Virus record (IMG/VR): IMGVR_UViG_3300009964_000029
Direction: 5' to 3' (one strand)
DNA length: 27,181 nucleotides
From: a virus
Shown here: piece by piece, positions 14,282 through 24,232 of the stretch
How positions within the stretch are numbered: position 1 is the first letter of the stretch
How the letters are laid out: every line of letters starts with the position of its first letter
Made by a program: the position numbers and the translations under genes
The notes under the pieces: generated by a model
What the model saw: only the letters and a program-made list of their open reading frames with translations
Database searches by the model: none
Told to the model about the DNA's origin: nothing

Positions 14282-14698
14282 ATGCTTGGTTTAGCTGTGG
14301 CACAGGAACTCGAACGAGCAGGATTCGGCACGTATGGTGAAACTATTTATTATGGTATCAGCCCTATCTTGGCTGACGGTACACCAACCGGAAACGACTG
14401 CCTGTGGGTGAACTCGAACACGGTCGGCGTGTCTGGTGACCTATACACAGACACAGTGACCATAAGCACGCGGTTTGATGACCCCTTCGAACAGGACAAA
14501 ACACTTCTTAAACTGTGTGAGTGGGTGCGTAGCAACCAGACGTGTATCCTGTCATGTAAACCAATCGCTGATATCAGTTTTCAGCATTGTGAGATACAGC
14601 CACCAGCCACGGTGAATTTCAGTGCGGTGGACGATAACGGCCGGTTTGTTAAAGAACTGGTTTTCCCGGTACGCTACAAACTACCAGCGCGATTCTAA
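14282..14698 (+). CDS. tail terminator / tail completion protein (DUF3168-like)
   Basis: synteny before MTP; loose motif similarity. Confidence 0.4.
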   Translation: MLGLAVAQELERAGFGTYGETIYYGISPILADGTPTGNDCLWVNSNTVGVSGDLYTDTVTISTRFDDPFEQDKTLLKLCEWVRSNQTCILSCKPIADISFQHCEIQPPATVNFSAVDDNGRFVKELVFPVRYKLPARF

Positions 14699-14775
14699 TG
14701 GTATACTGATAGTAAGCCTTTTTCCGCAGTTCGTGGGGAGAGGCGATGAATATCGATATTTTTTAAGGAGGCCTC

Positions 14776-15363
14776 TTGGCAACAGCAACAACCTACGAGC
14801 TCATCGGGAAGAAAACAGTGTACATCGGTGCGGAAGAATTCCCACCGGACCTTGTTTCAGATGAGGCGGCAACAATAACTGTAACACCAGCAACTACTGA
14901 AATCAGTTCCCAGATGGGCAAAATCAAGGTCCCGAACGGAACGTTTGATGAGATAAGCGCGAAGATTACACTTATTGTGAACAATATTCAGACGCTTATG
15001 CGTATCTTCCCGGGTATGGCGAAGAAAGCAACGTTTAATAGTGGTACTACCGGGCAGGTGATTTTCGGCGCGACAGAATGCAAGTCCGTGACACCGGTGC
15101 CGGTGGTTATCCATAATGCGTGTGATGACGGTAGTTCACAGGATATTCAGATACCTTCCGCGTATATTGCTAACGGTGGTGAGTTCAAACTGAAGCAGGG
15201 CGACCCCGTAACAATTGAACTGAATATCACGCCTCTGTCCGGTGAGAAAGGCGCGATTATTATGGGTGAGGGCATGCTTGACAGTGCTTCTCATTATGAC
15301 GCTATGTCCCAGTCGTACAAGAAGAACACGGCTCCTGCTGTTGTTCCCCCGGCCGGCCACTAA
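14776..15363 (+). CDS. major tail protein
   Basis: TTG start after AAGGAGG; 195 aa; position before chaperones/TMP; ends PAGH like capsid protein. Confidence 0.6.
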   Translation: MATATTYELIGKKTVYIGAEEFPPDLVSDEAATITVTPATTEISSQMGKIKVPNGTFDEISAKITLIVNNIQTLMRIFPGMAKKATFNSGTTGQVIFGATECKSVTPVPVVIHNACDDGSSQDIQIPSAYIANGGEFKLKQGDPVTIELNITPLSGEKGAIIMGEGMLDSASHYDAMSQSYKKNTAPAVVPPAGH

Positions 15364-15388
15364 ACAACAGGAATGAAAGGAGCTTCTT

Positions 15389-15733
15389 TTGACTACTGTT
15401 TTTGATACACGTAACATTGAACAGGCAACCAGTTTCACGGTAAAGAGCAGTTTCGGTGACTACGAGTTTACGGTTAGCCCGCTGCCTTTGTCTGCGTATA
15501 ACAGGCTGGTCGACAGTCAGGTTAAGAACCAGTCGTTGCAGCAGTCTGGCGGTTTGGACGTGAAACAGATTAACGAGTTTCAGAAGCTGGCTACACGTCT
15601 TGTGGAACCGTTGATTGAACCTCAACCGCAGTTCCAGGAGTGGAAAGCGAAAACAACTGAGATTGCTTACAAGACAGTTATGGATAATGTTATTAGTATG
15701 GTTATGCCGAACCTGACGCCAGCAGACAAGTAA
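15389..15733 (+). CDS. tail assembly chaperone (gpG-like)
   Basis: TTG start after GAAAGGAG; synteny. Confidence 0.55.
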   Translation: MTTVFDTRNIEQATSFTVKSSFGDYEFTVSPLPLSAYNRLVDSQVKNQSLQQSGGLDVKQINEFQKLATRLVEPLIEPQPQFQEWKAKTTEIAYKTVMDNVISMVMPNLTPADK

Positions 15734-15752
15734 AATCACGAGAGGGGCGCGT

Positions 15753-16118
15753 ATGGCTGAGTATCATAATGCTCTTAGTGACCTGTCAGCTGAGGACATA
15801 CGCAAACTCCGTGAATTCAAAAAAGCCCGCCAGCCTGAAACACAAAGTACGGTTGGCGGGTTTTCCACGCAATGGGAGCAATTGATAGCGGAGTTCGCTT
15901 CCTATTACGGGTGGCTGGGTGTTCGTGACGTGCTCGAAGACAGGCTTCCGGTGGAAACGTTTTACGGTTTATTGGACGCTGGGCGTGTCCAGTATAACCG
16001 GCGTCGAGGCGAACAGCTCGTAGACTTGTATAACAGTATCGCGTGCGCATTGGGGGAGAACGGGGACAGGGAGATACAAAAACTCGTGAAACGGTTAACA
16101 ACAATGGGAAAAGGATAG
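15753..16118 (+). CDS. second tail chaperone (gpT-like) with own start codon
   Basis: ATG after GAGAGGGG; upstream frame closed by TGA 15714-15716 leaving only 17 nt of overlap for any frameshift. Confidence 0.45.
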   Translation: MAEYHNALSDLSAEDIRKLREFKKARQPETQSTVGGFSTQWEQLIAEFASYYGWLGVRDVLEDRLPVETFYGLLDAGRVQYNRRRGEQLVDLYNSIACALGENGDREIQKLVKRLTTMGKG

Positions 16119-16122
16119 GCTC

Positions 16123-18993
16123 GTGGCAGATATAGGTGATTTACGTCTTAAAGCGACTATTGACACAACCCAGTATGAGACTGGGGCGCAGCGTATACGT
16201 GAGGCGAATAAGTCGATACGTTCGTCTGCTGAGGGTACCGCTGATTCTGCGAACGCTGCGGGCAAGAAAACGGTTAACGCGAACGAACAGGTGTCTGAGT
16301 CTGCTCGGAAGACGGGTAGCGCGTTTAAAGCGTCGTGGGCTGTTATCGCGGGTATAGCGTCGAATGTGGCCAGCCGGGCGATGAATCTTATCACGTCAAG
16401 CGTGGGTAAAGCTGTAGACAGGGCGGACCAGTTGCATAACTTCCCTGTCATCATGAAGAATCTTGGGTATAGTGCTGTAGACGCTTCGAAGAGTGTACGT
16501 AAACTGTCTGACGGTATCGATGGGCTACCGACATCGCTTAACAGTATGACTGGTATGGTCACCCAGCTGGCTCCGTTGACGAAGAATTTGGATGAGGCTA
16601 CTAACTTGTCTCTCGCGTTTAATAACGCGCTTCTTGCGGGCGGGAAGAGTGTCCAGGCGCAGGAAAACGCTATGACACAGTATCAGCAGATGTTGGCTGC
16701 TGGTAAGGTGGATATGCAGGCGTGGACGAGCCTGTTGGACGCTATGCCTGGACAGTTGAATCAGCTTGCTGTTGCCTTGCTGGGTGCGGGGCATAACCAG
16801 CAGGATTTGTATAAGGCGATGAAGAGCGGGAAAATCAGTTTTGATGATTTTAATAATGCTGTTATGCGTCTTAATAAAGAGGGGACGGCTGGTTTCGCGA
16901 GTTTCGAAACACAGGCTCGAGGTTCGACACAGGGTATCGGCACGGCGTTGGAAAACGTGCAGAACCGTATCGCTAAGGTTGGAGCGAGTATTATCGATGC
17001 TATCGGCGTGGATAATATTAGTAACGCGATTAATCGTGTTTCCTCACAGTTTAGTAAGCTTGGTGACGGGTTCAGCAGTCTGATAACTCTCATTGTTAAG
17101 GGTGATTTCACGGGTAAGTTCGCTCAGGCTTTCCACGTGGAAGAAGATAGTCCTGTTGTGGACGCTATCCTACGTATTCGTAAAGCTATCGTGGATTTAG
17201 GGCCGCACATTGTTAAGCTCGGCCAGCAGATTAAACAGCTGTTCACGAGTAAAGTACCGTGGGCTAAACTCCTTCCTCCGGGGAACATCGCTACAGCTAT
17301 CGAGAAAGTCACACAAAAACTGGGCTGGTTTCTGGACCATGCGGGTCCTATACTCACGGCTTACGCTGCTTTTAAACTGCCCAGCACGTTAACAAACGGG
17401 TTCAACAGTTTCACGAAGGTTGGCGGTAAGGTCGTTGATACGCTGCTTAAAGTGACAGACGCTTTCGAATCGGTGAAGGGCGTGGGCGGCTTGTTTAACA
17501 AGCTGAAAGAGGTCGCTAATGGGTTGGAGATTGTTAAAGCAGCTCAGGCGGCGTTTAACACTGTCATGGATATTGCTAAGGGTATTCAGATGGCGTATAA
17601 CGCTGCTTTAGCGGCCAACCCTATCGGAACGATTATCGTGGTGGTTATCGCGGCGATAGCGGCGATAACGGCGATTGTAAAAGCGTTGCAATGGTTCTTT
17701 ACTCAAACTAAGATAGGGAAGGCTATTTGGAGTGCGTTGAGTAAGTTTTTCTCTGATTGTTGGAATGGTATTAAGAACACGTTTAATGCTATCTGGCCGC
17801 CGATACGTGATTTTTTTGTGAACGTGTGGAATGGTATCAAAGATACAGCGCAAAACGTGTGGAACGGTTTGAGTAGTTTCTTCTCCACTTGTTGGAACGG
17901 TGTTAAAGACACGTGGAATAACGTGTGGAACGCTGTGGGTAATTTCTTGGGTCCGATATGGGATAACATAAAACAGAGCGTGAGTGACGCTGTTACCGCG
18001 ATACAGAATTTCTTTCAACCGCTCACCGATTTCTTCTCTCACATTTGGAATGATATCAAGGATATTGTTATCACGATTATACAGACCGCGATAACTGTGT
18101 GGGGGCTTATCTTCCAGAAAATCGCACAGGTTGCTACAGACATTTTTAACAGGGTCCGTGATTTTTTTGTGAACGTGTGGAACGGTATCAAAGACACTGT
18201 TACCAATGTTGTCAACGCGATACGGGATACGGTCACGAACGTGTTGAATGCTATCCGCGACTGGTGGACCCGCGTGTGGGGGCAGATACGTGATTTTATA
18301 TCCCCAATATGGAACGCGATACGAAACACAGTCCAAAATGCTATTAACGCGGTCAGTAACGTTATCAACAACGTGTTGAACGCTATACGCGGCGTGTGGA
18401 ACAACGTATGGAACGGGATTAGTAATTTCATGCGCCCAATATGGGACGGTATAACCAACGGTGTGCGTAACGCGATAAACACTATCGGCCATGTGATGAG
18501 TACGGTTAAAGACAAGATTATGGGTGCTTTCCGCGGTGCGGGACAGTGGTTGCACGACGTGGGCGGAAACATTATACAAGGCCTTATTCACGGTATCGAG
18601 GGGGCGTTTGACTGGTTGAGGGATACGATTAAAAACATGTGCGGGAACATTGTGAACTTTGCTAAACGTTTGCTGGGTATTAACAGCCCGTCCAGGGTTA
18701 TGCGTGACACGGTTGGTATTAGTATTCCGGAGGGTATCGCTGTTGGTGTGCGGCGTAAGCAGCCTCTTGCATTGAACGCTGTTGGCCGTTTGGTGGATAA
18801 TACGGTTTTGCAGGCGCGGCAGGTGTTCCAGCCGAATAATCCTGTAGCTGAGCCGGTTCGCCGTTCGGAGGTGAACGGTGCGGGCGGGTCTGTCCGGACT
18901 GCTACGGTGAACGCTCCTATTAGCGTGTATACGAATGACCCGTCAGCGGCTGGTAGGGCGGCGGCTGACATGATTAACTTCTACTACGTATAA
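16123..18993 (+). CDS. tape measure protein (956 aa)
   Basis: GTG start after GGAAAAGGATAGG; internal VWNGIKDT/WN..N 11-residue periodic repeats; C-terminal GINSPSRVMRDTVGISIPEG motif. Confidence 0.85.
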   Translation: MADIGDLRLKATIDTTQYETGAQRIREANKSIRSSAEGTADSANAAGKKTVNANEQVSESARKTGSAFKASWAVIAGIASNVASRAMNLITSSVGKAVDRADQLHNFPVIMKNLGYSAVDASKSVRKLSDGIDGLPTSLNSMTGMVTQLAPLTKNLDEATNLSLAFNNALLAGGKSVQAQENAMTQYQQMLAAGKVDMQAWTSLLDAMPGQLNQLAVALLGAGHNQQDLYKAMKSGKISFDDFNNAVMRLNKEGTAGFASFETQARGSTQGIGTALENVQNRIAKVGASIIDAIGVDNISNAINRVSSQFSKLGDGFSSLITLIVKGDFTGKFAQAFHVEEDSPVVDAILRIRKAIVDLGPHIVKLGQQIKQLFTSKVPWAKLLPPGNIATAIEKVTQKLGWFLDHAGPILTAYAAFKLPSTLTNGFNSFTKVGGKVVDTLLKVTDAFESVKGVGGLFNKLKEVANGLEIVKAAQAAFNTVMDIAKGIQMAYNAALAANPIGTIIVVVIAAIAAITAIVKALQWFFTQTKIGKAIWSALSKFFSDCWNGIKNTFNAIWPPIRDFFVNVWNGIKDTAQNVWNGLSSFFSTCWNGVKDTWNNVWNAVGNFLGPIWDNIKQSVSDAVTAIQNFFQPLTDFFSHIWNDIKDIVITIIQTAITVWGLIFQKIAQVATDIFNRVRDFFVNVWNGIKDTVTNVVNAIRDTVTNVLNAIRDWWTRVWGQIRDFISPIWNAIRNTVQNAINAVSNVINNVLNAIRGVWNNVWNGISNFMRPIWDGITNGVRNAINTIGHVMSTVKDKIMGAFRGAGQWLHDVGGNIIQGLIHGIEGAFDWLRDTIKNMCGNIVNFAKRLLGINSPSRVMRDTVGISIPEGIAVGVRRKQPLALNAVGRLVDNTVLQARQVFQPNNPVAEPVRRSEVNGAGGSVRTATVNAPISVYTNDPSAAGRAAADMINFYYV
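17806..17846 (+). repeat. 41-bp intragenic repeat in TMP (copy 1; 2 mismatches vs 18157-18197)
   Basis: cgtgatttttttgtgaacgtgtggaa[t/c]ggtatcaaaga[t/c]ac. Confidence 0.7.
18157..18197 (+). repeat. 41-bp intragenic repeat in TMP (copy 2)
   Basis: 351 bp (117 codons) downstream of copy 1. Confidence 0.7.
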
Positions 18994-19009
18994 ACAGGAG
19001 GCAACAGAT

Positions 19010-19900
19010 ATGGCACCGGTTTTAGATTACGCGAATGACATTCATATAACAGTGAACGGTTTCCCCCTAACCGGCATCAATGACGGTGTAGAGTGGCATG
19101 TGACGTTAAGCGACGTAACAGGTTTGTACGACGGGCTTGGTACGAGTCTGACGTCTACGCAGCGTGTTTTGGCTGACGGCGTGTTTTACAACAAGCCGTT
19201 TTATGGGGAACGGCAGATTAGTATAACGGGGCATATCTTTGGTGGCTGCTGGAATAGTATATTGTCGAGTTGGGAGCATTTCAAAGCTAAACTGCTTAAA
19301 GGTGTGCAACCGTTCACCGCAACATTGATGGGAGTAACCCGCGTGTGTGACGTGTATCAAGGTTCTACTGCGCCCGCAATTCTCCCGTTGGGTGCACAAA
19401 TGGCGAAATTCACGGTGAAATTGGCGTGCACCTCGCCGTTCCTGTACGGTGGTGACGTGTACACTGCGGAAATAGGGTTGCCCTCTAGTAGTGGTGGGCG
19501 GACGTACCCTTATATGTTCGACATGGAGCAGGGGGTAGCAGCAAACGTGTGGTGTTGGCCAGAAACAGTAACAAACGGGAGTATCATAATAAACTATAAC
19601 GGTACCGCTGAAGCCCCGGTACAGTTGACTATCAGTGGCCCGGTGGTGAACCCTACTGTTACGCATACCCCGTCCGGACGGGTGTTGAAGTTCGGTTTAG
19701 CGTTGGGTGCGGGGCATACGCTTACGGTGGATACCGGTGAACGGTCAATATACGTAGATGGTAGTCCGTTGCGTGGTCATGTTCTGCGTCGCGAGTTTCC
19801 CGTGTTGACGCCTAATGCGGTGAATCAGTTACAGTTTAGTGCGGACGAATATAATCAGGACGCGCGTTTACATGCTACCTGGAGGGAGGCGTATCTGTGA
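19010..19900 (+). CDS. distal tail protein (Dit)
   Basis: synteny immediately after TMP; 296 aa. Confidence 0.55.
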   Translation: MAPVLDYANDIHITVNGFPLTGINDGVEWHVTLSDVTGLYDGLGTSLTSTQRVLADGVFYNKPFYGERQISITGHIFGGCWNSILSSWEHFKAKLLKGVQPFTATLMGVTRVCDVYQGSTAPAILPLGAQMAKFTVKLACTSPFLYGGDVYTAEIGLPSSSGGRTYPYMFDMEQGVAANVWCWPETVTNGSIIINYNGTAEAPVQLTISGPVVNPTVTHTPSGRVLKFGLALGAGHTLTVDTGERSIYVDGSPLRGHVLRREFPVLTPNAVNQLQFSADEYNQDARLHATWREAYL

Positions 19901-20970
19901 GCCGGACTGGGTTTGATGACACGGGACTGCATTGGGTTGCAGTAGAGCTTATTAGTGGGGATATTGTGTGTGAGGTTCCTGTGTTGCAGGTGAACCTGTT
20001 GGAGTACTATATGCAAGAGTCGAGCACAGTGCAGGCGAACCTGCCGTACGATACGGCACCACGGCATTGGGTAGATTGGACTGTCCCGTACACGCATGCG
20101 CTGCTACTGTTACAGGACAGTGTGTGTGTGTGGGGTGGGATAATCGTCAAACGGTTACGCGAGGCAGCCCATAATTATACTGCTTTAACGTTGTGTACGG
20201 TTGAAGAGTATTTGAACAGGGTTTATGTGACGGATTGCGAGTTCCAGAACACACAGCAGACTGTTATAGCGCAGCGTCTTGTAGATTCCGCGATACTGGG
20301 CAACCGTTTTAGCTTCAAATATGACATACAACCGTCACAGTATTATCGCGACCGGTCTTACTACGAGAAAGACGATAAAACCGTTTTTGAACGCTTGAAA
20401 GAATTGGCCGGTGTGATTAACGGTATCGAATATTATTGTGACTGGCAGCCGAAAAATGTTGACGGCTGGCAGCCATGTTTGCATGTAGCCGATTTTATTG
20501 GCAGTAGGACGCCGGTAACGAGTTTTGATGAGTCCACGTTAAGCAGTTTCAGTGTGTTAGAGGATTACAGTAACGGGTACGGTGGGAACAGGGTGTTGGC
20601 GTCGAGTACGGCAGAAGGTGATATACGCCCGGAATCATCGTGGTATGAGAGTAGTAACGTGTCGCGGCCTGTGGTGGAACGGAAGTTTCAACCATCGACG
20701 AATATTACGAGCATAGAAACGTTGAACGAGCATGCTCAAGCTGAGTTACATGAGATTGAGAACGGGACAACAATTATCAGTTTCGAATCGAGTCTGAGCA
20801 GTATGCCGCGTATCGGAAAAGATTGGCAGCTTGGTGACACGATACGGTGGATTGTGTCGGATTCCAGCTATCCGGACTATACGGAAGGTTTGGCGCGTAT
20901 AATAGGGTATAAGCTCAGTTTTAATGACGGGTGGAAATTCACCCCCACGTTACAGAAAGTAGCAGCATGA
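19897..20970 (+). CDS. tail-associated protein (Tal/gp27-like N-terminal domain)
   Basis: synteny; ATGA overlap with Dit. Confidence 0.5.
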   Translation: MSRTGFDDTGLHWVAVELISGDIVCEVPVLQVNLLEYYMQESSTVQANLPYDTAPRHWVDWTVPYTHALLLLQDSVCVWGGIIVKRLREAAHNYTALTLCTVEEYLNRVYVTDCEFQNTQQTVIAQRLVDSAILGNRFSFKYDIQPSQYYRDRSYYEKDDKTVFERLKELAGVINGIEYYCDWQPKNVDGWQPCLHVADFIGSRTPVTSFDESTLSSFSVLEDYSNGYGGNRVLASSTAEGDIRPESSWYESSNVSRPVVERKFQPSTNITSIETLNEHAQAELHEIENGTTIISFESSLSSMPRIGKDWQLGDTIRWIVSDSSYPDYTEGLARIIGYKLSFNDGWKFTPTLQKVAA

Positions 20971-21479
20971 CGATACAACGGAAAAGCCTTACCGGTTTGG
21001 ACGCGACAGCCCGCAAGTTCGCTCAATTGGAGTCCGAGTTACGTGGTTTGGCTCCTAGTGTGTCGGAAAGTATTAAGCCGATTGTTCCACGGTTTAAGAC
21101 TATCCAGCAGCGGATTCCGAGTTTTTTGTTAACAGGCCCTCCTGGGTGGGCGGCTACGGCGGTAAAATGCCCTAATATCAGTGGGTACAACAAGGTTATT
21201 GTGTCGGTGTCGTGGAGTTTCAAAAACACGAACGCGCTTGTTGGCGTGGAATCAGGATTGTTTATTAATGATAGACTGGTTACGTATGGTGATGGTAACA
21301 TGTCTGGCTATTGGGGGGACACGGGCGTGAACGTGGGTTTCTACATGTCGGGCTGCCGGTGTTTAGACCAGTTTACAGTTAAGGCTTTGATTAATCAGGG
21401 TGAACAGAATCAGGTTCCGGCTACTGGTTTCACTGCTGATTATATTTTTATTTATTTCAACGATTCGAGGAGTATTTAA
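20967..21479 (+). CDS. baseplate/tail fibre-associated protein (170 aa)
   Basis: ATG 20967 overlapping previous stop (ATGA). Confidence 0.4.
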   Translation: MTIQRKSLTGLDATARKFAQLESELRGLAPSVSESIKPIVPRFKTIQQRIPSFLLTGPPGWAATAVKCPNISGYNKVIVSVSWSFKNTNALVGVESGLFINDRLVTYGDGNMSGYWGDTGVNVGFYMSGCRCLDQFTVKALINQGEQNQVPATGFTADYIFIYFNDSRSI

Positions 21480-22442
21480 ATGGGTATTATTGTGCACCCT
21501 TTGACAGCGGTTAACGGTTCACCGGTTTACAGTGCTGACGATTACAGGCATGTGGTCAACAGTCTACAGGTGGTGAGTGATGGTACGCCGTTCGGGGGAG
21601 TGAGCGGTGTCCGCTATACGGGTACGGATCCGCTCGTGTCGGTGGACGGTACCACGGTTACTGTGCAGCCTCATACGGGGTTTTATGGTGGCTGGTCGAC
21701 TGCTGGCGTGTACACGTACGCTGTGGAGTCTTCCGAGAGTGTGGAGTTGGAAAGCGCGAACAGCAGTTACAAGGTTTATGTGCGGATTGATGACCCTTCG
21801 CAGTCTCATGGTGATACTCCCCGCGGCCAGCTGGCCGTAGTGAACGCTAACACAGCGGGCAGTAACATTAATGGCGTTGTCCTCGCTACAGTGGGTGGCG
21901 GTGACACCAACGAGACAGCTGTGCGTGTGGATATGTCTGGGAAACTGCACGCCCCGTCGCTCGCAGTGCTGGACAGTGTAAGCCCGATAGACGGCACATT
22001 AGCTTCCGTGTGGACAACGAACGCGGAGTATACGCGGGAGTACGGGCAGTGGGTGCAGACGAATAGTCGTATGCTGATCACTGCTAAATGGGATGACCCT
22101 CTGTTAGTGGAGGTTGCTCTACAGCCGATTAACAATAGTATTAGTGTTGGTTCGTATAATGTTAACGGGGCTACTCATTTGGCAACATTGCATTTCCAGT
22201 GGAACGTGTTAGGTTCGTCTTCGCATTCCCCGTGGGAGAGCACAGTCTTCGCAACAATAAGAGGATGGAAAGCCACCAACGAAGCATGGGGAGCTGTATA
22301 TGATAACACGAATGATGATATCGTCTCGCTGCGCTGCTTCGTGAGCGGGACTGATATCGCGCTCCGCAGTCGCGGCTCTTACAGTTTGAATAGTAACGCT
22401 TGGTATCAGGGTAGTGTCATATTCCCGTGTAAGAGAATTTGA
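21480..22442 (+). CDS. tail fibre / receptor-binding protein candidate
   Basis: beta-rich, G/S/T/N-rich 320-aa protein at end of tail module. Confidence 0.45.
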   Translation: MGIIVHPLTAVNGSPVYSADDYRHVVNSLQVVSDGTPFGGVSGVRYTGTDPLVSVDGTTVTVQPHTGFYGGWSTAGVYTYAVESSESVELESANSSYKVYVRIDDPSQSHGDTPRGQLAVVNANTAGSNINGVVLATVGGGDTNETAVRVDMSGKLHAPSLAVLDSVSPIDGTLASVWTTNAEYTREYGQWVQTNSRMLITAKWDDPLLVEVALQPINNSISVGSYNVNGATHLATLHFQWNVLGSSSHSPWESTVFATIRGWKATNEAWGAVYDNTNDDIVSLRCFVSGTDIALRSRGSYSLNSNAWYQGSVIFPCKRI

Positions 22443-22447
22443 TACAT

Positions 22448-22894
22448 ATGTTTAGTCATGTTCAACTGGATACAACGATTATCGTAGCAATCATCACGGG
22501 TGTAATATCATTAACGGTGTCTATCATAGGTTTCAAGGTCAAGGAGAAATCTGACGAGGCGGAAGCGTTTAAGAGTATGCAAGAGACGATAGAGGGCTTG
22601 CACCGGGATATTAAGGAACAGGACCGTCGTATAGGGCATTTGTCTCACCTGGTCATCAGTGAGCAGGAGCAGCGCAGGCAGGCGGAAGCCAACCTGCTGG
22701 AAGAGAAACAGAAAACCTTTGAGAATACGGCCTATTTGAGGGCTTTAGGCCATTGGTTCGAGACCTTGTGTGAAGTACTGGACCCGGCGTGGCTGCAAGC
22801 GCACCCTAAACCGCATTTGCCTAATACTATCCGTCCGGAGATTAGCGCCTTAACGGTGGGAACAGATTTAGAAATCAATCACGACGAACAGTAA
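22448..22894 (+). CDS. N-terminally membrane-anchored coiled-coil protein (possible lysis accessory)
   Basis: TM TTIIVAIITGVISLTVSIIGF then charged coiled coil; ATG 22448 more likely than track TTG 22439. Confidence 0.45.
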   Translation: MFSHVQLDTTIIVAIITGVISLTVSIIGFKVKEKSDEAEAFKSMQETIEGLHRDIKEQDRRIGHLSHLVISEQEQRRQAEANLLEEKQKTFENTAYLRALGHWFETLCEVLDPAWLQAHPKPHLPNTIRPEISALTVGTDLEINHDEQ

Positions 22895-22904
22895 GGAGAC
22901 CCTT

Positions 22905-23828
22905 GTGAAGGATTGGGATAAACTGGAGCCGGACGAATACCGGCTCATCAACCGGCATTACACGAAAGGCCGGCAAGGCCACAGGATAGACAAGATTATC
23001 CTGCACCACAACGCGGCGAACCTGAGTATTGGGGGATGCTGGAGTGTGTGGCAGTCGCGGCCAGCAAGCGCGCAGTATCAGGTGGACGTAGCCGGCCGTA
23101 TCGGCCAACTGGTGCACGACGCTGACACGTCGTGGAATGCGGGCAATTGGAACGCGAATGTCACGAGCATTGCTATTGAACATGCGGACATGACTACCAA
23201 CCCCTGGAGCATTTCGGGAGCGACATTAGATAATGGGGCGCACCTGGTGGCAGCATTGTGCAAAGCGTACAAGCTGGGACGGCCAATATGGCTGAGGAAC
23301 GTGTATCCGCACAGCTATTTCAGTGCGACCGCTTGTCCTGCTAGTATTCGTGATTCGCAGCGCGAGGAGTATATGCAGCGTGCTCAGGCGTATTACGACC
23401 AGATGACCGTCAACAGGATGGAGACTGTTATCCGCCCGGCTATCAACCGGGTCATCAATCGGGTGGTTAATACGGTCGCGTCGAGCGTGCCGCAGATTAC
23501 GGTAGACGGGTATGCGGGGCCGGCAACGATTAAACGCCTCCAGCAGCTGCTGGGCACGCCCCAAGACGGTATCGTGTCAAGTCAGCCCGTTGTCAATAAG
23601 CGGTATCTGCCTAACGCCACAAGCGGCTGGCAGTGGGTTGGCCGGGCGTCGGGTAGTACGATGGTACGCCGTTTGCAGGAGCGGCTGGGTGTCACTGTGG
23701 ACGGTCTTATAGGCCGTGACACTATCAAAGCGTTGCAGCGTCGGCTGGGTGTGACTGATGACGGTATCGCGGGGGCAGCAACCTTCCGCGCTTTGCAGAC
23801 CAATCTCAACCGTAACAGACTGTGGTAA
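22905..23828 (+). CDS. endolysin: N-acetylmuramoyl-L-alanine amidase (amidase_2/PGRP) with three C-terminal PG_binding_1-like repeats
   Basis: GTG after AAGGAGA; ...IILHHNAANLSIGGCWSVW...ATACPASI; repeats DGYAGPATIKRLQQLLG / DGLIGRDTIKALQRRLG / DGIAGAATFRALQ. Confidence 0.8.
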   Translation: MKDWDKLEPDEYRLINRHYTKGRQGHRIDKIILHHNAANLSIGGCWSVWQSRPASAQYQVDVAGRIGQLVHDADTSWNAGNWNANVTSIAIEHADMTTNPWSISGATLDNGAHLVAALCKAYKLGRPIWLRNVYPHSYFSATACPASIRDSQREEYMQRAQAYYDQMTVNRMETVIRPAINRVINRVVNTVASSVPQITVDGYAGPATIKRLQQLLGTPQDGIVSSQPVVNKRYLPNATSGWQWVGRASGSTMVRRLQERLGVTVDGLIGRDTIKALQRRLGVTDDGIAGAATFRALQTNLNRNRLW

Positions 23829-23850
23829 AACACATTAAAAAACACATTAA
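23827..23850 (+). repeat. exact 12-bp tandem duplication AAAACACATTAA x2 between endolysin stop and holin SD
   Basis: 23827-23838 = 23839-23850. Confidence 0.6.
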
Positions 23851-23868
23851 CAAATTAAGGAGATAATT

Positions 23869-24165
23869 ATGACAGACACAAACACTACACCGGGGACCGC
23901 GCTCACGGTAGATGAGGGAGTGCAGGAGACGTCCGCTCCTGTCTCTCATGTCGCTGATACGGACGCAGCTAAGCAGTATACGCCGGTTTTTAATGATACG
24001 GTGCGTACGGTGATTTATATTCTTGGCCTGTCCGCTTCGGTGGTTGGTCTTGGGTTTATGACTTTCGGCCGGGCTGATATTGGCGGGTTTATTAGCACCG
24101 CCGCGGGCTTTATTGCTGCTGGTTTCGGTGTTGCTTATAATCCGCTGCGCATGTCCGAACGGTAA
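23869..24165 (+). CDS. holin (2 TM)
   Basis: SD AAGGAGATAATT-ATG; VIYILGLSASVVGLGFMTF and GFISTAAGFIAAGFGVAY TM segments. Confidence 0.65.
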   Translation: MTDTNTTPGTALTVDEGVQETSAPVSHVADTDAAKQYTPVFNDTVRTVIYILGLSASVVGLGFMTFGRADIGGFISTAAGFIAAGFGVAYNPLRMSER

Positions 24166-24211
24166 AATAAGGACCGGCCCTGGCTCCCCTTTCGGGGTGG
24201 CGGTACCGGTC
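24162..24211 (-). terminator. terminator for leftward early transcripts (GACCGG...CCCC-TTTC-GGGG...CCGGTC, then U-run on minus strand)
   Basis: hairpin 24172-24211 followed on minus strand by TTATTTTAC. Confidence 0.45.
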
Positions 24212-24232
24212 ATGTTACCTATAACATTACCT

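Noticed and set aside
17608-18591. 327-aa minus-strand ORF and nested ORFs antisense to the tape measure gene
   Set aside because: Arises from the periodic repeats of the TMP (reverse-complement periodicity keeps the frame open); TMP identity is strong.
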